NCBI GenBank assembly: GCA_044226785.1
Contig: JBGAGK010000014.1
Location: 21,061 to 85,060 of the forward strand
DNA length: 64,000 nt
Source: Steroidobacteraceae bacterium
Lineage (GTDB): Bacteria; Pseudomonadota; Gammaproteobacteria; Steroidobacterales; Steroidobacteraceae
Direction: 5' to 3'
Made by a program: the position numbers and the translations under genes. Within the stretch, counting starts at the first letter, position 1; each line of letters starts with the position of its first letter. Positions 18,301-29,140 of this stretch are shown here, in pieces. The notes beneath the pieces were generated by a model, which did no database searches, was not told the origin of the DNA, and saw only the letters and a list, made by a program, of their open reading frames with translations.

Positions 18301-21300
18301 ATGAAACCGAAATCGTTGCTCAACCTGTTCGTGGTCGTGGCGTTCCTGGGGCTGGCCTCGACCAATGCCCGCGCCGACGACACCGAGATCTTCTTCAACC
18401 AGTCCAATGCGAATGTCGGCGCCAATGTCATGCTGATCCTGGACACCTCGGGCAGCATGGATGACGAGGTGACTTCCGCGCCGGACTACGACGCCTCCAC
18501 CACCTATCCGACCACCGGCAGCTGTGACCCGGCCTATGTGTATTGGGGCTCGTCGGGCACCCCCAGCTGCGGCAGTTCCAACCGGGTTCCGGTGACGCAG
18601 TTCAAGTGCGCCTCGGCGGCCACTCAGCTGGGCAATACCAAGGGCGCCACTGGCCAGTATGGCGATGCTTTCATCCGCTGGGGCAAGGTGACCACGGGCA
18701 CGGGCAAGAAGAAATCCACGGTCTATCAGTGGACCAAGAGTCTGACGGTAAGCAGCGGCTCTGACGTGGAATGTCTGGGCGATGCCGGTGTGGATGGCGA
18801 CGGGACGAATGTCACCAACCTCTGGCCGACGAAGAATTCGGATCCGGCTTCCGTGAACGGCATCTGGTCCTCCGCGAGCGACAGCTGGTGGGCCATCTAT
18901 GGCAACACCGGCACGTCGGTGACCTTCTACAGCGCCAACTACATCAATTACGTGAACGACGCGGCGCTGTACGTGACTCAGACCAAAATCAAGATCATGC
19001 AGGATGCCGTCAAGCAGCTGCTGAACAGCGTGTCGGGCGTGAATGTCGGCCTGATGCGCTACGACTACAAGGGTGTCGGCGGCATGATCACCAATGCCAT
19101 CGCACCCATTGCCAGCAATGCCACGCCCATCACCAACATGGTGAATTCCTGGGCGGCGGCGGGCAACACGCCGCTGGTCAAGACCCTGTACGAGGCCTAT
19201 CTGTACTTCGCCGGCGGCAGTGTCAATTTCGGGAACACGTCGTACAGCACAACCTGCAACTCGACCTACACGAACGGAAACGGCGCGATCCATTGCGGCA
19301 GCATGAGCTCCTTTCGGTTCAACAGCGTCGCCGCCTCCCGTACGGGTGGCTCGGCATCGAGCAACACCTATGACAGCCCGGCCGACCTGTCTTGCCAGAA
19401 GAACTATGTCATCTTCCTCACCGACGGTCAGTCGAACAACAATGACACGGCCATCAACAGTGTCATCAAGGCTCTGCCCAGCTTCTCGACTCTGGGCGGT
19501 GCCTGTGACGCTGCCGTGATGCCGGGCGCGGCAGGCGGCCAGTGTCTGGGGGCCCTGTCGCAATACATGAACCGCTCCGACCTGCGCAACGACGTGGCCG
19601 GTACGCAGAACGTCACCACGTACTACATCGGTTTCGGCGACACCTTCAAGACCGATCCGAATGCCACGGCCTACTACAACTACCTGAACGATGCCGCGAC
19701 CCGTGGCGGCGGCAAGGCCTTCACGGCCACCAGCCTCACCGAGCTCCAGTCGGTGTTCAGCCAGATCTTCAACGAAGTGCAGAACATCAACACCAGTTTC
19801 TCGGCGCCGTCCGTGGCGGTGAACGCCTTCAACCGCACGCAGACCCTGGATGACCTGTACGTCTCGGTGTTCAAACCCAGCGACAGCTATCACTGGCCAG
19901 GCAATGTGAAAAAGTACAAGGTGGTCAACGGCCAGATTACCGATGCGGTCAACCCGACTCTTTCGGCAGTCGATCCGTCCACCGGCTTCTTCCGCTCCAA
20001 TGCGCAGAGTTTCTGGAGTACGGTCGTGGATGGGGCCGATGTCACCAAGGGCGGCGCGGCTTCCATGCTCCCCATTCCGTCGAACCGCGTGCTGTACACT
20101 TGGCTGGGCGCCAATCCCGGTTCGCCTGCCGGATTGGTACCGCTGGCCAGTGCCAGCGATACGGACTTCAACATCGGGGGGAGCGGTGATCCGGCGCGTG
20201 CCGATCTGCTCAACTGGGCCATGGGCCAGGATGTGCAGGACGACAACAACGATGGCAGCACAACCGATCAGCGCTTCGTGATGGGTGACCCGATCCACGC
20301 CCAGCCCGCGGTGGTGATCTATGGCACGGGGCCTGATGACACCTGGTTGTTCACGCCCACCAATGACGGCTATCTGCATGCCTTCAATGCCCGCACGGGT
20401 GTGGAGCAATGGGCCTATCTGCCGCAGGACCTGCTGAACAAGCTGAAGCTCCTGTACGCCGATGACGCCTCGCCGGTGAAGCACTATGGGCTCGACGGCC
20501 AGGTGACCCTGATCAAGTACGATGTGAATGGCGACGGTTCCATCGATCCGGCCAATGGTGACCGCGTGCTGCTGTACTTCGGTACGGGGCGCAATGCGGA
20601 CGTGCAGGCGTATTACGCGATCGATGTCACCAATCCGAATGCGCCGAAGTTCATGTGGAAGCTGACCCCGGGGACCCTGCCGGACCTCGGCCAGGCCTGG
20701 TCGACACCACAGGTGGCGCGCGTCAACATCAACGGTGCGACGCAGAACTCGCAGAAACTGGTGCTGATCATGGGCGGTGGTTACGACCCGTCGGAGGATG
20801 GCTACACCTACGTCCCGGCCGATGCCGTCGGCAATCATATCTACATGGTGGACGCGCTGTACGGATCGCTCCTGTGGTCGGTGGGCAACTCGACGAGCAC
20901 CTCTACCCTGAAGTTGCCCCGCATGACGCACAGCTTCCCGAGTTCCGTCACGGTACTGGACACCAATGGTGACGGGTATGCAGACCGCATGTATGTGGGT
21001 GACATGGCGGCGCAGCTGTGGCGATTCGACATCTACAATGGGCAGACCGCCCTCAACCTGGTGGCCGGTGGTGTCATGGCCTCGCTCGGCACCAAGGATG
21101 ATGTGGTGCACTCGGCGGCCAATACGCGGCGCTTCTACAGCGCACCGGATGTGGCGGCCATCCAGCTCACCGGGCAGCCCACGTTCATGAACATCGCCAT
21201 CGGCTCCGGCTACCGGGGTCATCCTCTGGACAGCGGTACGGTGGACCGGCTGTACTCGGTCCGCGACTACAACGCGTTCACGGCGTTGACGCAGGCTGCC

Positions 21301-21846
21301 TACACCACGGGCGAGTTGCCGGCGAACCTGATCGTGGATGCGACGCTCCAGGACATCACCTCGGCGGCGCAGTCAGTGGTGCCCGTGCCCTACGGTTCCA
21401 AGGGCTGGAAGCTGGTGTTGAACACCCATGCATCCGGGGAGAAGGTGCTGGTGCCGGCCCGCACGTTCAACGACGACATCTTCTTCACCACCTATACGCC
21501 CACCATCCAGGCCAGTGCCGACCCTTGCGAGGGTGTGGGATCGGGCCAGAACCGCAGCTACATCATCAGCGTGTTCAATGGTGCGGCCGCCATCGACCGC
21601 AACCACGACAGCACGTTGTCTGTGGATGAACGGAGCTCCGACCTGAGCCAGGGCGGCATCGCGCCCGAGACCACTTTCCTGTTCCCGGCGCCCGGCACTC
21701 CGGACCCGAACGGCAATGGAAACGGCGGACCCAATGGTGGCAGCAGGGGCCCGGTGGTGTGCCTCCAGGGTGTTGAAGTCCTCAACGCCTGCACCAATTA
21801 CGATCGCCGCAGGAAGACCTACTGGCGCGAGGGCAGTGCGCAGTAG
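18301..21846 (+). CDS. pilY1: Type IV pilus tip adhesin / biogenesis factor PilY1 with an N-terminal vWA domain
   Basis: Signal peptide MKPKSLLNLFVVVAFLGLASTNARA. vWA MIDAS motif LILDTSGSM. The C-terminal beta-propeller region has a Ca-binding-like loop DTNGDGYADRMYVGDMAAQLWRFD, as in PilY1. Confidence 0.9.
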   Translation: MKPKSLLNLFVVVAFLGLASTNARADDTEIFFNQSNANVGANVMLILDTSGSMDDEVTSAPDYDASTTYPTTGSCDPAYVYWGSSGTPSCGSSNRVPVTQFKCASAATQLGNTKGATGQYGDAFIRWGKVTTGTGKKKSTVYQWTKSLTVSSGSDVECLGDAGVDGDGTNVTNLWPTKNSDPASVNGIWSSASDSWWAIYGNTGTSVTFYSANYINYVNDAALYVTQTKIKIMQDAVKQLLNSVSGVNVGLMRYDYKGVGGMITNAIAPIASNATPITNMVNSWAAAGNTPLVKTLYEAYLYFAGGSVNFGNTSYSTTCNSTYTNGNGAIHCGSMSSFRFNSVAASRTGGSASSNTYDSPADLSCQKNYVIFLTDGQSNNNDTAINSVIKALPSFSTLGGACDAAVMPGAAGGQCLGALSQYMNRSDLRNDVAGTQNVTTYYIGFGDTFKTDPNATAYYNYLNDAATRGGGKAFTATSLTELQSVFSQIFNEVQNINTSFSAPSVAVNAFNRTQTLDDLYVSVFKPSDSYHWPGNVKKYKVVNGQITDAVNPTLSAVDPSTGFFRSNAQSFWSTVVDGADVTKGGAASMLPIPSNRVLYTWLGANPGSPAGLVPLASASDTDFNIGGSGDPARADLLNWAMGQDVQDDNNDGSTTDQRFVMGDPIHAQPAVVIYGTGPDDTWLFTPTNDGYLHAFNARTGVEQWAYLPQDLLNKLKLLYADDASPVKHYGLDGQVTLIKYDVNGDGSIDPANGDRVLLYFGTGRNADVQAYYAIDVTNPNAPKFMWKLTPGTLPDLGQAWSTPQVARVNINGATQNSQKLVLIMGGGYDPSEDGYTYVPADAVGNHIYMVDALYGSLLWSVGNSTSTSTLKLPRMTHSFPSSVTVLDTNGDGYADRMYVGDMAAQLWRFDIYNGQTALNLVAGGVMASLGTKDDVVHSAANTRRFYSAPDVAAIQLTGQPTFMNIAIGSGYRGHPLDSGTVDRLYSVRDYNAFTALTQAAYTTGELPANLIVDATLQDITSAAQSVVPVPYGSKGWKLVLNTHASGEKVLVPARTFNDDIFFTTYTPTIQASADPCEGVGSGQNRSYIISVFNGAAAIDRNHDSTLSVDERSSDLSQGGIAPETTFLFPAPGTPDPNGNGNGGPNGGSRGPVVCLQGVEVLNACTNYDRRRKTYWREGSAQ

Positions 21847-21881
21847 CGCTGCCTTCCCCGATGACAGGAGCAAGGATCCCC

Positions 21882-22337
21882 ATGATCAAGCAACGAACAC
21901 ACCCGGACCCGCGACGATCGAAGGGCATGACCCTGGTCGAACTGCTGACCGTGATGACCGTCGTCGCCATCCTGGGCACCCTGGCCGTGGGTGCCTATGG
22001 GCGGTACGGGTTGCGGGCCAACCGGACTGATGCGACGGCGACCCTGTTGCGCATCCAGATGGCCGAGGAGAAGTTCTTCCTGGGCAACAACACCTACACG
22101 GCCGACTTCATCAACGGGGCCCCCACGGGACTGGGCATCCTTGGATCGAGCAGCACGCCCAATAACCGTTACATCATCACGCTGGGACCCGGGACCTCGG
22201 GCGCCATCGGGACTTCGTACATGGCCACGGCCACGGCCACGGGCGGCCAGGTCAACGATGACCCCAACTGCCTGACGCTGACCATCGACGACAAGGGCAC
22301 GCGCACGCCGGCCGACAGCACCGGCTGCTGGAAGTAG
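21882..22337 (+). CDS. pilE: Type IV pilin-like protein PilE
   Basis: Leader MIKQRTHPDPRRSKG/MTLVELLTVMTVVAILGTLAVGAY. Met rather than Phe at mature position 1. C-terminal Cys pair (PNC...TGC). Last gene of the operon. Confidence 0.85.
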   Translation: MIKQRTHPDPRRSKGMTLVELLTVMTVVAILGTLAVGAYGRYGLRANRTDATATLLRIQMAEEKFFLGNNTYTADFINGAPTGLGILGSSSTPNNRYIITLGPGTSGAIGTSYMATATATGGQVNDDPNCLTLTIDDKGTRTPADSTGCWK

Positions 22338-22345
22338 TGAAGTAG

Positions 22346-23041
22346 TCAGGTACCCGCGAGCTGGTCCACTTCCAGCCTTCGGCCTGCCAGGTCAGCCGTC
22401 TCTCCGGGTGCCCAGGGCAGATCGCCCAGGCAGGGCGCGATCAGGCGCCGGCGCAGCGTTTCGATGCTCGCCTGTGCTTCAGGCATGTGAGGGTCGATGC
22501 GGTTGCAGATCCAGCCGGCAAATCCCAGCTGCCGATGCAACACCGATTCCTGGGCGAGCAGCGCATGGTTGATGCATCCGAGCTTCAGCCCGACGACCAG
22601 GATCACCTGCAGCGACCAGCGCGCGGCGAGGTCGGCGAATTCCACCTCGTCGGTGACGGGAACCCGCCATCCGCCGGCGCCTTCCACCACGAGGGTGTCG
22701 CTGCGCAGCGCAAGGCGCTCGAACGCGTGATCCAGATGCGCAAGGTCGATGCGCACGCCACTGCGGCGTGCTGCGACATGTGGCGCAATCGGCGGTTCGA
22801 AGGCGTACGGGTTCACCTCGTCGTACCGGGCGCGCACCGTCATCGCCGCCTGAAGCGCGAGTGCGTCCCCGTTGCGCAACCCGTCCGCGGTACGCTCGCA
22901 CCCCGAGGCGATGGGCTTCATCGCAGCCACCGCCAGGCCGCGTGCTGCGAGGGCGCGGCAGAGGGCCGCGGCGCAGCGGGTCTTGCCTACACCGGTATCG
23001 GTCCCGGTGACGAAAAACCTGCGCGGGCTCCCGCGGTTCAC
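22346..23041 (-). CDS. bioD: Dethiobiotin synthase
   Basis: P-loop FFVTGTDTGVGKT and family-typical length (231 aa). Overlaps the bioC stop by 4 nt. Confidence 0.9.
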   Translation of the reverse strand: MNRGSPRRFFVTGTDTGVGKTRCAAALCRALAARGLAVAAMKPIASGCERTADGLRNGDALALQAAMTVRARYDEVNPYAFEPPIAPHVAARRSGVRIDLAHLDHAFERLALRSDTLVVEGAGGWRVPVTDEVEFADLAARWSLQVILVVGLKLGCINHALLAQESVLHRQLGFAGWICNRIDPHMPEAQASIETLRRRLIAPCLGDLPWAPGETADLAGRRLEVDQLAGT

Positions 23042-23943
23042 TCCGGGCGCCTTCCCGGCGGCCGGCGCTGCAACTGATCCAGCCTGATGCGGATCTCGCC
23101 GGAGCCTGCCGGCGCCGGGCGCGCGGCCGCCCAGCCATGCGCGAACACGATCTCGAAGGTCAGGGCGATCCGGCCGTCGACCCGGCGCTGGTCGAAATGC
23201 TCGCGCATGCTCGCGAAGCGCTCCCGGCCGGTCAGGGTGCGGCGCCTCTGCTCCAGTGGATTGCAGCTGCCATTGGCACGAAGGTCCGCAAGCGCCTCGC
23301 GAACTCCCGGATAGGTCAGCGTGTAGCGGTCCACGTCCAGAACGGGCGCGGAAAATCCGGCGTGCACCATGGCATCGCCCAGGTCGTGCATGTCGAGGAA
23401 GGGCAGCACATGCGGCAGTTCATCCGCCTGCGCCCAGGCCGCGCGAAGTTCCTGCAGGCTGTCAGGTCCGCAGCTGCTCAGTGCCAGCAGGCCGCCGCTC
23501 CTGAGCACCCGGCGCAATTCCCGAAGCACCGGGCCCGGTGAACTCCATTGCAGCATGAGATTGCAGAACACCAGATCCACACTTTCATCCGGCAGGGGCA
23601 GGCGGGCGGCATCCGCACAGACCCGCCCGAAGCGGCGCATCAGCGTGAAGCCCCGGCGCGCCAGGCGCAGCATCGGAAGCGCACTGTCCAGCGCCAGCAC
23701 CTGGGCCTTCGGATAGCGCTTCTTCAGCGCAAGACTCGATCGGGCCGTGCCGGCGCCCACATCGAGCACCGTGGCCGGTTTCAGCGGGGTCAGTGCGAGG
23801 CGTGCCAGCAGTTCCTCGCGCACCTGCGCCTGCAGCACCGCCGCGGCGTCGTATCCGGAACTGGCGCGCGCGTGGGCGCGCCGTGTCAGCGTGGCATCGA
23901 GCAGGGAAAGGGGATCGGCCCGGGCGCCGTCAGCCGGCTTCAC
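23038..23943 (-). CDS. bioC: Malonyl-ACP O-methyltransferase
   Basis: SAM-binding motif VLDVGAGTA, then [10 protein letters not shown]. Positioned between bioB and bioD. Confidence 0.85.
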   Translation of the reverse strand: MKPADGARADPLSLLDATLTRRAHARASSGYDAAAVLQAQVREELLARLALTPLKPATVLDVGAGTARSSLALKKRYPKAQVLALDSALPMLRLARRGFTLMRRFGRVCADAARLPLPDESVDLVFCNLMLQWSSPGPVLRELRRVLRSGGLLALSSCGPDSLQELRAAWAQADELPHVLPFLDMHDLGDAMVHAGFSAPVLDVDRYTLTYPGVREALADLRANGSCNPLEQRRRTLTGRERFASMREHFDQRRVDGRIALTFEIVFAHGWAAARPAPAGSGEIRIRLDQLQRRPPGRRPE

Positions 23944-25003
23944 GCACAGGCTCGGCGGGGGGCGCTGCGACGGGCGCCGCGACGGGCGCCGCGACGGGCG
24001 CTGCCGCTCGCGTGGGCGCTGACGCTGCCACGGGAGCGGGCTCGGGTCGCAGACCCAGCCGTTCGAACAGTCGCTGGTCGTGACCCACGCCCGGATTTCC
24101 CGTGGTCAGAAGCTTCTCGCCGTGGAAGATGGAATTCGCGCCGGCCAGGAAGCACAGCGCCTGCATCTCGTCGTTCATCTCGCTGCGTCCGGCCGACAGC
24201 CGGACCTGCGAGCGCGGCATGAGGATGCGCGCCACGGCGACCGTGCGAACGAAGTCGAAACCGTCCAGGTTCGCGGTGCCGGCGAGCGGCGTGCCCTGGA
24301 CCTGCACCAGCTGGTTGATGGGCACGCTCTGGGGATGCTCGGGCAGGCTCGCCAGCACGCACAGCAGTTCGGCGCGATCCCGGGGCTCCTCGCCCATGCC
24401 GACGATGCCGCCGCAACACACCTTCATTCCGGCCTCACGCACGGCACACAGCGTGTCCAGCCGGTCCTGATAGGTGCGCGTGCTGATGACCTTCTCGTAG
24501 TACCCGGGCGAGGTGTCCAGATTGTGGTTGTAGTAGTCGAGGCCAGCCTCCTTGAGTTCCCGGGCTTGCCCGGGCGTGAGCATGCCCAGGGTTGCACAGC
24601 TCTCCAGGCCCAGCGCCTTGACTTCGCGGATCATGGCCACGATCTTTCGCAGATCCTTCTGTTTGGGTGACCGATAAGCCGCGCCCATGCAGAACCGGGT
24701 CGCGCCGGCGTCCCTCGCGGCACGCGCTCTGGTGGCGACGTCCTGCACTTCCATCAGTTCCCCGGATTCGAGACCCGTGTCGTAACGGATGCTCTGCGGG
24801 CAGTAGGCGCAATCCTCGGGGCAGGCGCCCGTCTTGATCGACAGCAGGGTGCTGATCTGCACCTGATTGGGCACATGGAACTGCCGGTGAACGCCCTGCG
24901 CCCGGTACATGAGGTCCATGAATGGCAGCGCGAACAGCGCCTGCACTTCAGGCAATGTCCAGTCATGGCGCACCGGGTTCCGGTCCAGGGGTGTGACAGT
25001 CAC
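23930..25003 (-). CDS. bioB: Biotin synthase with an Ala/Pro-rich C-terminal extension
   Basis: Radical-SAM motif [18 protein letters not shown], and GGIVGMGE. An extra ~39-aa tail ([39 protein letters not shown]) overlaps the bioC start by 14 nt. Confidence 0.93.
   Translation of the reverse strand: MTVTPLDRNPVRHDWTLPEVQALFALPFMDLMYRAQGVHRQFHVPNQVQISTLLSIKTGACPEDCAYCPQSIRYDTGLESGELMEVQDVATRARAARDAGATRFCMGAAYRSPKQKDLRKIVAMIREVKALGLESCATLGMLTPGQARELKEAGLDYYNHNLDTSPGYYEKVISTRTYQDRLDTLCAVREAGMKVCCGGIVGMGEEPRDRAELLCVLASLPEHPQSVPINQLVQVQGTPLAGTANLDGFDFVRTVAVARILMPRSQVRLSAGRSEMNDEMQALCFLAGANSIFHGEKLLTTGNPGVGHDQRLFERLGLRPEPAPVAASAPTRAAAPVAAPVAAPVAAPPAEPVREAG
23967..24002. repeat. Three tandem 12-bp units (GCGACGGGCGCC) encoding (AAPV)3 in the bioB tail
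   Basis: Read directly: units at 23967-23978, 23979-23990 and 23991-24002. The last base of the third unit differs. Confidence 0.8.
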
Positions 25004-25097
25004 GAATCACCTCGTTCAGGGAACATTTGCGCCTTCCTGGGCGCTCATGCCGGAAAGTATTCTGCGCGGTCTCATGATAGTCAACCGGATTCATGCC

Positions 25098-25808
25098 ATG
25101 TGGTTGACCAGACTGGCCCAGGGCCTGGAGAACTGGGCGCTCCCGCCCACCTGTGCATTGTGCGCGGCCAGGGGCGCGGCGCCGCGCTTCGACCTGTGTG
25201 CGGACTGCGAGGCGGATCTGCCGCCGGCGCCGCAGTTGCCCCTGCGCGTCGTCACGGTGGCCGCAGAACAGGGACACCGGCTCGGCGGTGGGCTCGATGC
25301 CCGGTGGTCAGCCTTCGTCTATGCCTTCCCGGTGGACGCGATGATCCGCGAGCTCAAGTTTGCCGGGCAGGTGCATTATGCCCGGATCCTGGGGCTCGCC
25401 TGTCTTCGCCGGCTTCGAAATGTCGATTGGCCATTCGGCGAAGTGGATGCCCTGTTGCCCGTGCCTTTGCATCGAAGCCGGCTGAGTGAGCGCGGTTTCA
25501 ACCAGGCCCGCGAGATCGCTTTGCCCATTGCGCGGGGCCTGGGATTGCCGCTTCGTGACGGACTGGCCAGACGGTCGCGCGCCACTGCGCCACAGACATT
25601 GATGAGTGGTCCGGAACGTCGACGCAACCTGTGCGATGCCTTCGATGTCCGGTCAGTGGCGGGGATGTCCTTGCTGCTCGTCGATGACGTGACCACTTCC
25701 GGGGCGACCCTGACCGAACTGGCCCGGGTGCTGAAGCGTGCCGGGGCGCGACAGGCCTGGGGATTGACCGTGGCCTGCGCGGGCTCGGGCGTGCTCCCTT
25801 CGCGGTAG
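25098..25808 (+). CDS. comF: ComF family protein (phosphoribosyltransferase-like competence protein)
   Basis: N-terminal Cys pairs (PPTCALC...CADC) and a C-terminal PRTase motif LLLVDDVTTSGATL. Divergent from bioB. Start uncertain (25047, 25074 or 25098). Confidence 0.8.
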   Translation: MWLTRLAQGLENWALPPTCALCAARGAAPRFDLCADCEADLPPAPQLPLRVVTVAAEQGHRLGGGLDARWSAFVYAFPVDAMIRELKFAGQVHYARILGLACLRRLRNVDWPFGEVDALLPVPLHRSRLSERGFNQAREIALPIARGLGLPLRDGLARRSRATAPQTLMSGPERRRNLCDAFDVRSVAGMSLLLVDDVTTSGATLTELARVLKRAGARQAWGLTVACAGSGVLPSR

Positions 25809-25877
25809 ATACGCCAGATCCGGTTCGGGAATCCCCTATCCCCGCCGGCCTGACCCGCCGTTAGCCTGCCCTCACTC

Positions 25878-27101
25878 ATGATGCCAATGACAAAACCGAT
25901 CGATGACTGGAGCGCGGTGCGCGCACAGTTCCCGGGGCTGGAAGGCCGGACTTTCCTCGACGCGGCATGCGTGAGTCTCATGCCCCACAGTGCGGGGGCT
26001 GCCGTTCAGGCGTTCTGCGATGAGCTGGTGCGACCGACCGCACGCAACGCGACTGCACACCATGTCTGGATGGATGAGCAGAAGGCGGCCGCGGCCCCGC
26101 AGGTGGCCACCCTGCTGGGTGTCGACAGGCGGCACGTGGCCCTGGTCGAAAGCACTTCCCATGGCCTCAACATCGCGGCCCAGTGCATTCCCTGGAGTCC
26201 GGGCGACGAGGTGCTTATGTGCGACCTGGAGTTCCTCCAGGTGGCCATCCCGTTCGTGAAACTCGCAGCGAACCGGGGCGTCCGGCCGGTATTCCTTCGT
26301 CATCGCAATGGCGTGGTCGACGCGCAGGCCTTTCGTGAAGCGATCACGCCGCGTACCCGGGCCGTGGTGCTGAGTTCCACGCAATGGAGCAACGGCTACC
26401 GGATCGATCTTCCGGCCGTTGCGGATGCATGTCGCAAGGCCGGTGCATGGCTGGTGGTCGACGCCATCCAGCAGGCCGGGGCGGTGCCGGTGGAAACCGC
26501 GGACGTGGATTTCCTGGTCGCCGGAGGCCACAAGTGGCTGAATTCCCCCATGGGCACAGGCTTCATGTACCTTTCGCAGCGCGTACTCGATACGCTCGAA
26601 CCCGCGAGCTGGGGCTACCTGACCCTGGAACCGCCCGAGGGCGGCTGGGAAGGATATTTCACCACGCCGTCGATCACGCCGGACCGCTCCTACTCCTTCT
26701 CGAGGTCCGCGCAGCGTTTCGAGATCGGCGGCACGGCCAACTATCCCGGCGCCATTGCCCTCGCCAAGTCGGTCGAGCTCGTCAACAGCGTCGGCATCGC
26801 ACGATCCGCCGCGCGGGTGTGGGATCTCGGAGACCGCCTGATCGAGGGCCTGCGACGGCTGGATGTCCGGCTCGAGACGCCGTTCGGCCGGGAGCATCGC
26901 GCCGGCATCGTGTCCTTCACCTGCGGCAGCCGTGAGCGCGACGCGGCCTGCCTTGCCTTCCTGCTGAAGCGTGACATCTGCGTGGCGCAGCGCTATACAT
27001 CGCACACCGGCGGCATCAGGGTCAGCATCCATTATTTCAACGACGAGGATGACATCGCGCAACTCCTGGCGGCGACCGCGGCCTTCCTCCGCGCCCGCTG
27101 A
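25878..27101 (+). CDS. Class V aminotransferase-fold PLP-dependent enzyme (cysteine desulfurase / epimerase-like)
   Basis: 407 aa. The lysine in VAGGHKWLNSPMGTGFMYL sits in the PLP-lysine context. No signal peptide. Confidence 0.75.
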   Translation: MMPMTKPIDDWSAVRAQFPGLEGRTFLDAACVSLMPHSAGAAVQAFCDELVRPTARNATAHHVWMDEQKAAAAPQVATLLGVDRRHVALVESTSHGLNIAAQCIPWSPGDEVLMCDLEFLQVAIPFVKLAANRGVRPVFLRHRNGVVDAQAFREAITPRTRAVVLSSTQWSNGYRIDLPAVADACRKAGAWLVVDAIQQAGAVPVETADVDFLVAGGHKWLNSPMGTGFMYLSQRVLDTLEPASWGYLTLEPPEGGWEGYFTTPSITPDRSYSFSRSAQRFEIGGTANYPGAIALAKSVELVNSVGIARSAARVWDLGDRLIEGLRRLDVRLETPFGREHRAGIVSFTCGSRERDAACLAFLLKRDICVAQRYTSHTGGIRVSIHYFNDEDDIAQLLAATAAFLRAR

Positions 27102-27108
27102 CCCGCCC

Positions 27109-29052
27109 GTGCGTGTGCGGCTCAACCCGCTGATCGCGGCGCTGGGGCTGCTTGCATGGACAGCGGTTGCCTTCGCAGCGGCAGGCCCTCTTGCCTCCCT
27201 GCCGGGTGATGAACGCCCACAGGCGCCTGTCCAGCATCCCTATCCGGGCACCCTGATGCTGTTCATCGATGCCACGGATGTGAGCCGCGCGATCTTCAGG
27301 GGCGAACTCATCGTACCGTCGCCTCCTGCGGGGCCGCTGACGATTTTCTTCCCCCGCTGGGTGCCCGGTCATCATGCCCCTTCAGGGCCGATCAGCCGGA
27401 TCGCCGGAATCGAGGTCAACGCGGACGGGGTGCGCATCCCCTGGCGACGTGATCCTGTGATGATGCATGCCCTGCACATGGTCGTGCCCGCCGGAACCCG
27501 CGACATCCGGCTGGGCTTCCAGTATCTGTCGGCCACCGGCCCGGACATGGGACGGGTGGAGATGAGCGAGGACATGATGGACCTGCAATGGACCTCGCTC
27601 GCGCCGTATCCGGCAGGGCATGCCTCGCGCGAGATGACCGTGCGCGCCTCGGTGCGACTGCCACCCGGCTGGGCGTTCGCCACTGCACTGGAGCAGGATG
27701 ACAGCCAGGGCGGCGTGGTCCGTTTCAGGCCGGTGAGCTACGAAACGCTGGTGGATTCACCGATCGTCGCGGGCCGCTACCATCGCAGCGAACCGCTGGG
27801 CGAGCTGCGGGGCGCTCCCGTGATGCTGGAGTTGTTCGCGGATCGCCCGGAGTCGCTCCTGGCCCGGCCGGACCAGATTGCGGTGCATCGTGCTCTGGTC
27901 GAACAGGCGGACAGGCTGTTCCGTTCGCGGCATTTCGAACGCTATGTGTTCCTGGTCGGGCTGACTTCGAGGATCGGCAGCCTCGGCGCCGAGCATCTCC
28001 GCTCCAGCGAAAACTTCACGGTGCCGGGCTATTTCACGGACTGGGCGGACACCGCGCCCAGTCGTGAACTCCTGCCGCATGAACTTGCCCACAGCTGGAA
28101 CGGCAAGTTCCGCCGGGGCTCCGACCTGCTGACACAAACGCTCGATGTGCCGATGCGCAACAGCCTGCTGTGGGTATATGAAGGCCTGACGCGCTATCTG
28201 GGCGCGGTGCTGGCAGCCCGTGCCGGCCTGCACACGGTGGAAGAGTCACTCGGGAATTTCGCCCAGAATGCCGCTGCCATGCAGAATCGCCCGGGCCGCG
28301 CGTGGCGCCCGCTGCTCGACACCACCAATCACTCCATCTATGCGGAGGGCCCACAGCCGTGGCCGAGCTGGCAGCGGGGTGCGGATTACTACCTGGAGGG
28401 CCAGCTGGTCTGGCTCGACATCGATATCCGCCTGCGCGAAATGTCGGGTGGGCAGCGGTCACTGGATGATTTCGTCCGGGCCTTTTTCGCTGTGGAAGAT
28501 CGCTCGACCACACCACTGGCCTACGATTTCGATGACGTCGTCCGGACCCTGAACCGGGTCGCACCCGGCCAGTGGGGGGAATATCTGCGTCAGCGGATCG
28601 ATCAGGTCGCCCCCGATGCACCGCTCGATGGCATCCGGCGAGGCGGCTATCGCCTCGTGTACCGGGACACTCCGACCGGCTTTTTCAGGAGTGGCGAGAA
28701 GCAGCGTGGCGTGAGTGACCTGAGCCATTCCGTCGGCTTGACGGTGAAGGGCGATGGGACGATTGCCGAAGTGCTCTGGGGTTCCACCGCTTTCGACGCG
28801 GCATTGACCATCGGCACCCGGATCGTCGCCGTGGGCGCTCACACCTTCACGCCATCCACGCTCCTCGATGCCGTGCGGGAGTGTCGTGGCCGTGAGACTC
28901 CGCTTCCCCTGACGGTGCAGCGCGCCGATGCGGTCCGGCAGGTTGCGCTCCACTGTTCCACCGGTCTTCGCTATCCCTGGCTCGAACGCGATCCGTCGGT
29001 AGCCGATCGACTGGGTGCGATTCTTGCACCGCTGCCGCGCGCCGGTTCCTGA
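27109..29052 (+). CDS. Exported M61 family glycyl aminopeptidase-like metalloprotease
   Basis: GTG start 8 nt after the upstream stop. Signal peptide VRVRLNPLIAALGLLAWTAVAFAAA. Zinc motif HELAHSWNGKF. C-terminal PDZ-like region. Confidence 0.8.
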   Translation: MRVRLNPLIAALGLLAWTAVAFAAAGPLASLPGDERPQAPVQHPYPGTLMLFIDATDVSRAIFRGELIVPSPPAGPLTIFFPRWVPGHHAPSGPISRIAGIEVNADGVRIPWRRDPVMMHALHMVVPAGTRDIRLGFQYLSATGPDMGRVEMSEDMMDLQWTSLAPYPAGHASREMTVRASVRLPPGWAFATALEQDDSQGGVVRFRPVSYETLVDSPIVAGRYHRSEPLGELRGAPVMLELFADRPESLLARPDQIAVHRALVEQADRLFRSRHFERYVFLVGLTSRIGSLGAEHLRSSENFTVPGYFTDWADTAPSRELLPHELAHSWNGKFRRGSDLLTQTLDVPMRNSLLWVYEGLTRYLGAVLAARAGLHTVEESLGNFAQNAAAMQNRPGRAWRPLLDTTNHSIYAEGPQPWPSWQRGADYYLEGQLVWLDIDIRLREMSGGQRSLDDFVRAFFAVEDRSTTPLAYDFDDVVRTLNRVAPGQWGEYLRQRIDQVAPDAPLDGIRRGGYRLVYRDTPTGFFRSGEKQRGVSDLSHSVGLTVKGDGTIAEVLWGSTAFDAALTIGTRIVAVGAHTFTPSTLLDAVRECRGRETPLPLTVQRADAVRQVALHCSTGLRYPWLERDPSVADRLGAILAPLPRAGS

Positions 29053-29140
29053 AGCTTCCGGATTCGAGCATACTTGGATGCCTTGAGACGCGAAAATCCC
29101 GGCCCACGGCGGGTCTGCACCCAGACTGGAGGAACTGACC

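Noticed and set aside
18208-21222. 1004-aa ORF on the minus strand
   Set aside because: It lies entirely antisense to pilY1, which has a signal peptide, a vWA MIDAS motif and the PilY1 C-terminal calcium loop. Its product is Arg/Gly/His/Val-rich low-complexity sequence with no recognisable motif. It is a typical stop-free antisense frame in a high-GC3 gene.
23967-24002. Short tandem repeats considered as a possible CRISPR or minisatellite
   Set aside because: There are only three 12-bp units with no spacers, inside the bioB reading frame. It is a coding microsatellite, not a CRISPR array.
24909-25097. Upstream extension of comF overlapping the bioB start
   Set aside because: ComF proteins begin close to the first Cys pair. 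The extension overlaps the divergent bioB coding start and has no supporting features.
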